A DNA stretch of 12,639 nucleotides from Naegleria gruberi. Its lineage: Eukaryota. Both the position numbers and the translations under genes were made by a program. The stretch lies in assembly GCA_000004985.1 (NCBI GenBank), contig GG739000.1; one strand, written 5' to 3'. A model generated the notes under the pieces. The model did no database searches. It had not been told where the DNA came from and saw nothing but the letters and a program-made list of their open reading frames with translations. Position 1 is the first letter of the stretch, and each line of letters opens with the position of its first letter. Positions 8,748 to 12,639 of the stretch are shown here, one piece after another.

Positions 8748-9040
8748 TTGACGTAATTATTGATGTTTTTTCATCAATATTTGATACAAAACATTATCAA
8801 TTTATTATCAATTTTTGACGTCAAAAATTGATAATAAATCATTAAGAATTGACGATAATTCTTGACGTCAATTGCGCGTTAATTTGGAATTTTTCTCCCA
8901 ACACTTGTTGACGATTTTATTATGCTTTAAGCATCAATTTTTAACATTTTTCAATAAACTTTATTTCATAATTTTGCAATCTGATACGTTAAAATTTGAC
9001 GAAAAAATTGTTAAAATTATCATCAAAATAATTTAGCGGG
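8748..9040. repeat. right motif cluster: at least 6 TTGACG cores (8748, 8815, 8849, 8863, 8908, 8996), a TGACGTCA palindrome (8864-8871), an 8-bp inverted repeat AATTGACG/CGTCAATT (8847-8854/8866-8873) and terminal 9-mer TTTAGCGGG (9032-9040)
   Basis: Direct count in the sequence. TTGACG is expected about 3 times in the whole readable window on both strands at this base composition. It occurs about 10 times, and all copies fall in these two ~300-bp regions. Confidence 0.75.
8800..8839. repeat. 40-bp perfect palindrome ATTTATTATCAATTTTTGACGTCAAAAATTGATAATAAAT centred on GACGTC
   Basis: Checked base by base: 8800-8819 is the exact reverse complement of 8820-8839. The palindrome breaks at 8799/8840. 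Confidence 0.95.
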
Positions 9041-9222
9041 GTGTTGAGAAGAAATTTTTTTTTTTAAAATAATATGGTTGGTTATCTTCCGAGAAACTGG
9101 GAATTCTTTTTCGGTTTGGATTAAGTAATATACCCTAACGAACACAATCACATCCAATTTTTAACTATAAGGCAACGCTGTTTTTGGTCTGTATATGAAG
9201 AATTTTTAATAATGAATGTGAA

Positions 9223-9293
9223 GCGTCGATGGTTTAGTGGTAGAATACGGCGTTGCCATCGCCGTGACCCGGGTTCAATTCCCGGTCGACGCA
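9223..9293 (+). tRNA. tRNA-Gly (anticodon GCC), 71 nt
   Basis: GCGTCGA acceptor 5' arm pairs with TCGACGC at 9286-9292, with discriminator A at 9293. The D-arm is GTTT/AGTGGTA/GAAT, matching the A box TTTAGTGGTAG. The anticodon stem CGGCG/CGCCG carries loop TTGCCAT, giving GCC. There is a 4-nt variable loop. The T-arm CCGGG-TTCAATT-CCCGG matches the B box GGTTCAATTCC. No CCA is encoded. The anticodon arm ACGTTGCCATCG matches yeast tRNA-Gly(GCC) as I recall it. Confidence 0.93.
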
Positions 9294-9302
9294 TGAAGTA
9301 TC

Positions 9303-9307
9303 TTTTT
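9303..9307 (+). terminator. RNA polymerase III terminator (T5 run) 10 nt after the tRNA 3' end
   Basis: TTTTT at 9303-9307 on the coding strand, directly downstream of the tRNA. Confidence 0.55.
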
Positions 9308-9572
9308 ATTCCTTCGTTGTTGAAGTAATTTTAATTATTTTTCTACCACTCATGGAAGACATGTATTTGTACAATAATCTGTATTTTCTCTCAATTTAGA
9401 ACAGTAATCATTGAGATATTCACCTCCTTCCAAATAGCATTTTTTAACCTAAAAAATATGCTAAAAAAAGATGCCGACTAACTTTTTAACAACAACAATA
9501 CAGATTGATCTCCTGGAAACATGCCGACAACATGATTCTATCACCAATGGATTTAACGATTCCCAATGAGAT

Positions 9573-10818
9573 NNNNNNNNNNNNNNNNNNNNNNNNNNNN
9601 NNNNNNNNNNNNNNNNNNNNNNNNNNNNNNNNNNNNNNNNNNNNNNNNNNNNNNNNNNNNNNNNNNNNNNNNNNNNNNNNNNNNNNNNNNNNNNNNNNNN
9701 NNNNNNNNNNNNNNNNNNNNNNNNNNNNNNNNNNNNNNNNNNNNNNNNNNNNNNNNNNNNNNNNNNNNNNNNNNNNNNNNNNNNNNNNNNNNNNNNNNNN
9801 NNNNNNNNNNNNNNNNNNNNNNNNNNNNNNNNNNNNNNNNNNNNNNNNNNNNNNNNNNNNNNNNNNNNNNNNNNNNNNNNNNNNNNNNNNNNNNNNNNNN
9901 NNNNNNNNNNNNNNNNNNNNNNNNNNNNNNNNNNNNNNNNNNNNNNNNNNNNNNNNNNNNNNNNNNNNNNNNNNNNNNNNNNNNNNNNNNNNNNNNNNNN
10001 NNNNNNNNNNNNNNNNNNNNNNNNNNNNNNNNNNNNNNNNNNNNNNNNNNNNNNNNNNNNNNNNNNNNNNNNNNNNNNNNNNNNNNNNNNNNNNNNNNNN
10101 NNNNNNNNNNNNNNNNNNNNNNNNNNNNNNNNNNNNNNNNNNNNNNNNNNNNNNNNNNNNNNNNNNNNNNNNNNNNNNNNNNNNNNNNNNNNNNNNNNNN
10201 NNNNNNNNNNNNNNNNNNNNNNNNNNNNNNNNNNNNNNNNNNNNNNNNNNNNNNNNNNNNNNNNNNNNNNNNNNNNNNNNNNNNNNNNNNNNNNNNNNNN
10301 NNNNNNNNNNNNNNNNNNNNNNNNNNNNNNNNNNNNNNNNNNNNNNNNNNNNNNNNNNNNNNNNNNNNNNNNNNNNNNNNNNNNNNNNNNNNNNNNNNNN
10401 NNNNNNNNNNNNNNNNNNNNNNNNNNNNNNNNNNNNNNNNNNNNNNNNNNNNNNNNNNNNNNNNNNNNNNNNNNNNNNNNNNNNNNNNNNNNNNNNNNNN
10501 NNNNNNNNNNNNNNNNNNNNNNNNNNNNNNNNNNNNNNNNNNNNNNNNNNNNNNNNNNNNNNNNNNNNNNNNNNNNNNNNNNNNNNNNNNNNNNNNNNNN
10601 NNNNNNNNNNNNNNNNNNNNNNNNNNNNNNNNNNNNNNNNNNNNNNNNNNNNNNNNNNNNNNNNNNNNNNNNNNNNNNNNNNNNNNNNNNNNNNNNNNNN
10701 NNNNNNNNNNNNNNNNNNNNNNNNNNNNNNNNNNNNNNNNNNNNNNNNNNNNNNNNNNNNNNNNNNNNNNNNNNNNNNNNNNNNNNNNNNNNNNNNNNNN
10801 NNNNNNNNNNNNNNNNNN
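9573..10818. other. assembly gap (1246 N)
   Basis: N run. ORFs 9486-10841, 9505-10848 and 9566-10912, and the 9553-10818 part of ORF 9553-11898, are artefacts. Confidence 0.99.
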
Positions 10819-12207
10819 ATCGAGAAGTGGGCTATCTTCATCCATTAGATTGATTGAATGTGGAGAGTCTGGTGATGTAGGCGAAATGCTGAATGTTGGT
10901 TGTGTTGGTTGAGAAAAACATGGGTTGGTAAATCTTCCCATTCCTGGATAATTTTCCATGACTTCCATTCTCCTTACCATTTCTTCTTCTTCCATTTTCA
11001 TAACATATCTACTATATTCTTCTTCTTCTTCCAGTCTTCTCATATTTATCATTCTTCTCCTTCCAAAACCTCCACCACCTCTAAAACGACGACCTACAGG
11101 ATTATAGTCTCTTTCCATCATTCTCAAAGATTGGAAATCAGGATGGTCATCCATTGCATCATATTGCTGATCAGATTGATTCATTGTTTTGAATGAATTG
11201 GTAGCATTGGAAAACTTGCCAATAAATCCCTTTCCTTCATTTTCCTTCAGGTAGACATGCAAAGGTTGTTTGAGATTTGACTCTATTCCCCTCACATTGT
11301 TATAAAAAGCCTTGAGAGCATTTCTCTTGGATTCGTCAAGCCTCTTTGTCTGAAAGTTAAAGTTGAAATTCAAAGCCTTCTCCTCTCCTTTATCGTCACA
11401 ATGATTCTTCTTTTTGATAGTTCTTCTGACAAAGTGACCCTTTGGTGGTGCAACATTTCTTTCAATCTTACGAGGTGAAATATGATATGGATCAGTTGAT
11501 GATGATGATGACTCCTTTCCAAACTCTATGAATGCAAATGAATCATCTTGTTCTTCTCTAGCTAATGATAATGCTGATTCGAATGATTGTCCCATAGAGA
11601 AGAATGGAGATTCATACGATGAGGCTGTTTGCTGCTGCTCCTCCAACTCCTCTTTAGTGTAGAGTTTCGTATCAACTTTGAATAGGCTCTCATCTTCACA
11701 ATAGAGAGAAGAATAAGGCTTGTTCGATTGTTCTGCAGAAGGGCCTCCACCACCACCATACGAACGAATCATTGAGTTGTTGTTGTATCTTAGAGGTTTT
11801 ACCATAGTAGTATACAGAGAGAAAGGTGTGCTTGTTGTTGAGGTGTTTTTTTCGAGTTGTAGTTCTTTGGCTTTTCTGTGTTTGAGGCTGTTTTTCAATG
11901 TAGTGAATCAAGGCTGACTCGCTAAGAGTATTGTTATCGGAGGAAGAAACAAGCCTAATTTTCAATTCTCTCTCTTTGATGAGAGGCAATTTCAATTTGA
12001 AAAAGGTAGTGACAATTTGTGGAGGCTCCACACTGAGAATATCACATGGTCATAGATCTGTGTGATTTCGAATAATATTAATCATCAAATAATTACTAAA
12101 TTTTCACAAAGCCAATAATATAGTCAACATCAAAACCTAATAATCCACATGTGATCTTCCTCTCTGCCCTTTTCATAGGATTCCAACATGTCAACCCAAA
12201 TGTTCAT
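10819..12207 (-). CDS. 5' portion of a gene for a low-complexity RGG-box / poly-Glu / Ser-rich protein; 3' part lost in the gap. Proposed exons: 12137..12207 (ATG 12207-12205), 11919..12032, and <=11887 running into the gap; alternative start ATG at 11805-11803
   Basis: A stop-free frame runs 10819-11887, about 356 codons. Content includes ..RRFRGGGGFGRRR.., LEEEEEYSRYVMKMEEEEMV, SSSSS and a QPTQPTFSISPTSPDSP tail running into the gap. Upstream frame pieces join in frame if a 31-nt element (11888..11918, GTCAGC...AAAAACAG) and a 104-nt intron (12033..12136, GTTTTG...TATTCTCAG) are removed. ATG 12207 has an in-frame TGA 21 nt upstream. The exon structure is inferred, not verified. Confidence 0.5.
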
Positions 12208-12306
12208 CCCAAAATTCCCTTCACCTCAGCTTCACCATCACGAGATGACGCTCATAAACTTTCAAGTACTCGTCATGATCCAGAGAGCGCCAAGAAAGTT
12301 ATTTTT

Positions 12307-12313
12307 TTATAAA
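12307..12313 (+). promoter_or_regulatory. TATAAAA box in a ~140-bp divergent intergenic region
   Basis: TATAAAA sits 34 nt upstream of ATG 12347 on the + strand. The region separates minus-strand ATG 12207 and plus-strand ATG 12347. Confidence 0.3.
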
Positions 12314-12346
12314 ATTTAAAAAAATGATCTTTTCCACAGCTGTTTC

Positions 12347-12422
12347 CATGACTGCTCACAAGAGCAATAAGATTCTCTCTGGTAGACCAGCAGCATTGAA
12401 GATGATGATCCAAGGTTCTTCA
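12347..12422 (+). CDS. first coding exon of a + strand gene that continues beyond the window (MTAHKSNKILSGRPAALKMMIQGSS...), ending at donor GTAGGT (12423-12428). An in-frame ATG at 12323 is an alternative start
   Basis: An ATG is followed by 25 sense codons and the exon ends ..TCA G|GTAGGT, a strong donor. The peptide is basic and hydroxylated, compatible with an N-terminal targeting peptide. The rest of the gene is outside the window, so this is weakly supported. Confidence 0.3.
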
Positions 12423-12639
12423 GGTAGGTTTTGATCATGTTTTATATTGTTTGTTTAAATATATTGATGAACATTTTTTGCCAATCATGATGATGGAATA
12501 TTTGTATTTTTTGTATTCCATTTGCTCTCTTCTTTGATCATTGTCATCATTTGATGATAATATATTTACACTGCTATAATAATAATAACAATAATGGATC
12601 TTTATGATGATTAATTTCACTATGATCTTCATATGTTAA

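Noticed and set aside
8748-9005. Reading the TTGACG motifs as plant-type W-boxes, or the whole region as a prokaryotic operator or rho-independent terminator set
   Set aside because: A W-box is TTGAC[CT], not TTGACG. The core here is TGACG/TGACGTCA, which is CRE/as-1-like. The locus is eukaryotic: pol III tRNA gene architecture, introns and AATAAA signals.
1-12639. CRISPR arrays, restriction-modification, toxin-antitoxin or other prokaryotic defence-system signatures
   Set aside because: There are no regularly spaced direct repeats with unique spacers and no prokaryotic gene organisation. The sequence is eukaryotic.

Overview
This 12.6-kb window is from an AT-rich eukaryotic nuclear scaffold. 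Two N-gaps (1628-3954 and 9573-10818) make about 28% of it unreadable.

The eukaryote call rests on three things read from the sequence:
- A canonical 71-nt tRNA-Gly(GCC) gene with internal A/B boxes, no encoded CCA and a T5 run just downstream.
- AATAAA signals after ORFs.
- Reading frames that only become continuous when short GT-AG introns are removed (55, 73, 104 and 283 nt; donors GTGAGC, GTAAAT, GTGTAAG, GTAGGT).

The genetic code is standard. Codon usage (AGA Arg, TTG Leu, GGT Gly) and a yeast-like tRNA-Gly anticodon arm hint at a fungus or protist, but I cannot assign a taxon.

Content, 5' to 3':
- The 3' end of a + strand Ser/Thr-rich protein whose C-terminus looks like a GPI-anchor signal (1-434).
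- A - strand Lys-rich gene (761-1303), possibly with a 5' exon reaching 1553.
- A - strand multi-exon gene for a single-pass membrane protein with beta-propeller-like repeats (4286-6175).
- A - strand degraded transposase-like ORF (6611-7615), followed by a + strand Lys/Glu-rich small ORF (7723-8070).
- A dense TTGACG-motif array containing a 40-bp perfect palindrome (8748-9005), and a smaller related cluster at 6339-6371.
- A 9-bp inverted repeat with GTG flanks (6303-6311 / 9032-9040) that brackets both clusters. Together these suggest a ~2.7-kb decayed DNA transposon lying between a gene promoter and a tRNA gene.
- tRNA-Gly(GCC) at 9223-9293.
- A - strand gene for an RGG-box/poly-Glu low-complexity protein (10819-12207); its 3' part is lost in the gap.
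- The first coding exon of a + strand gene that leaves the window (12347-12422).

No CRISPR or prokaryotic-type defence system is visible. The most unusual thing I can support is the putative mobile-element relic and its palindromic motif array.
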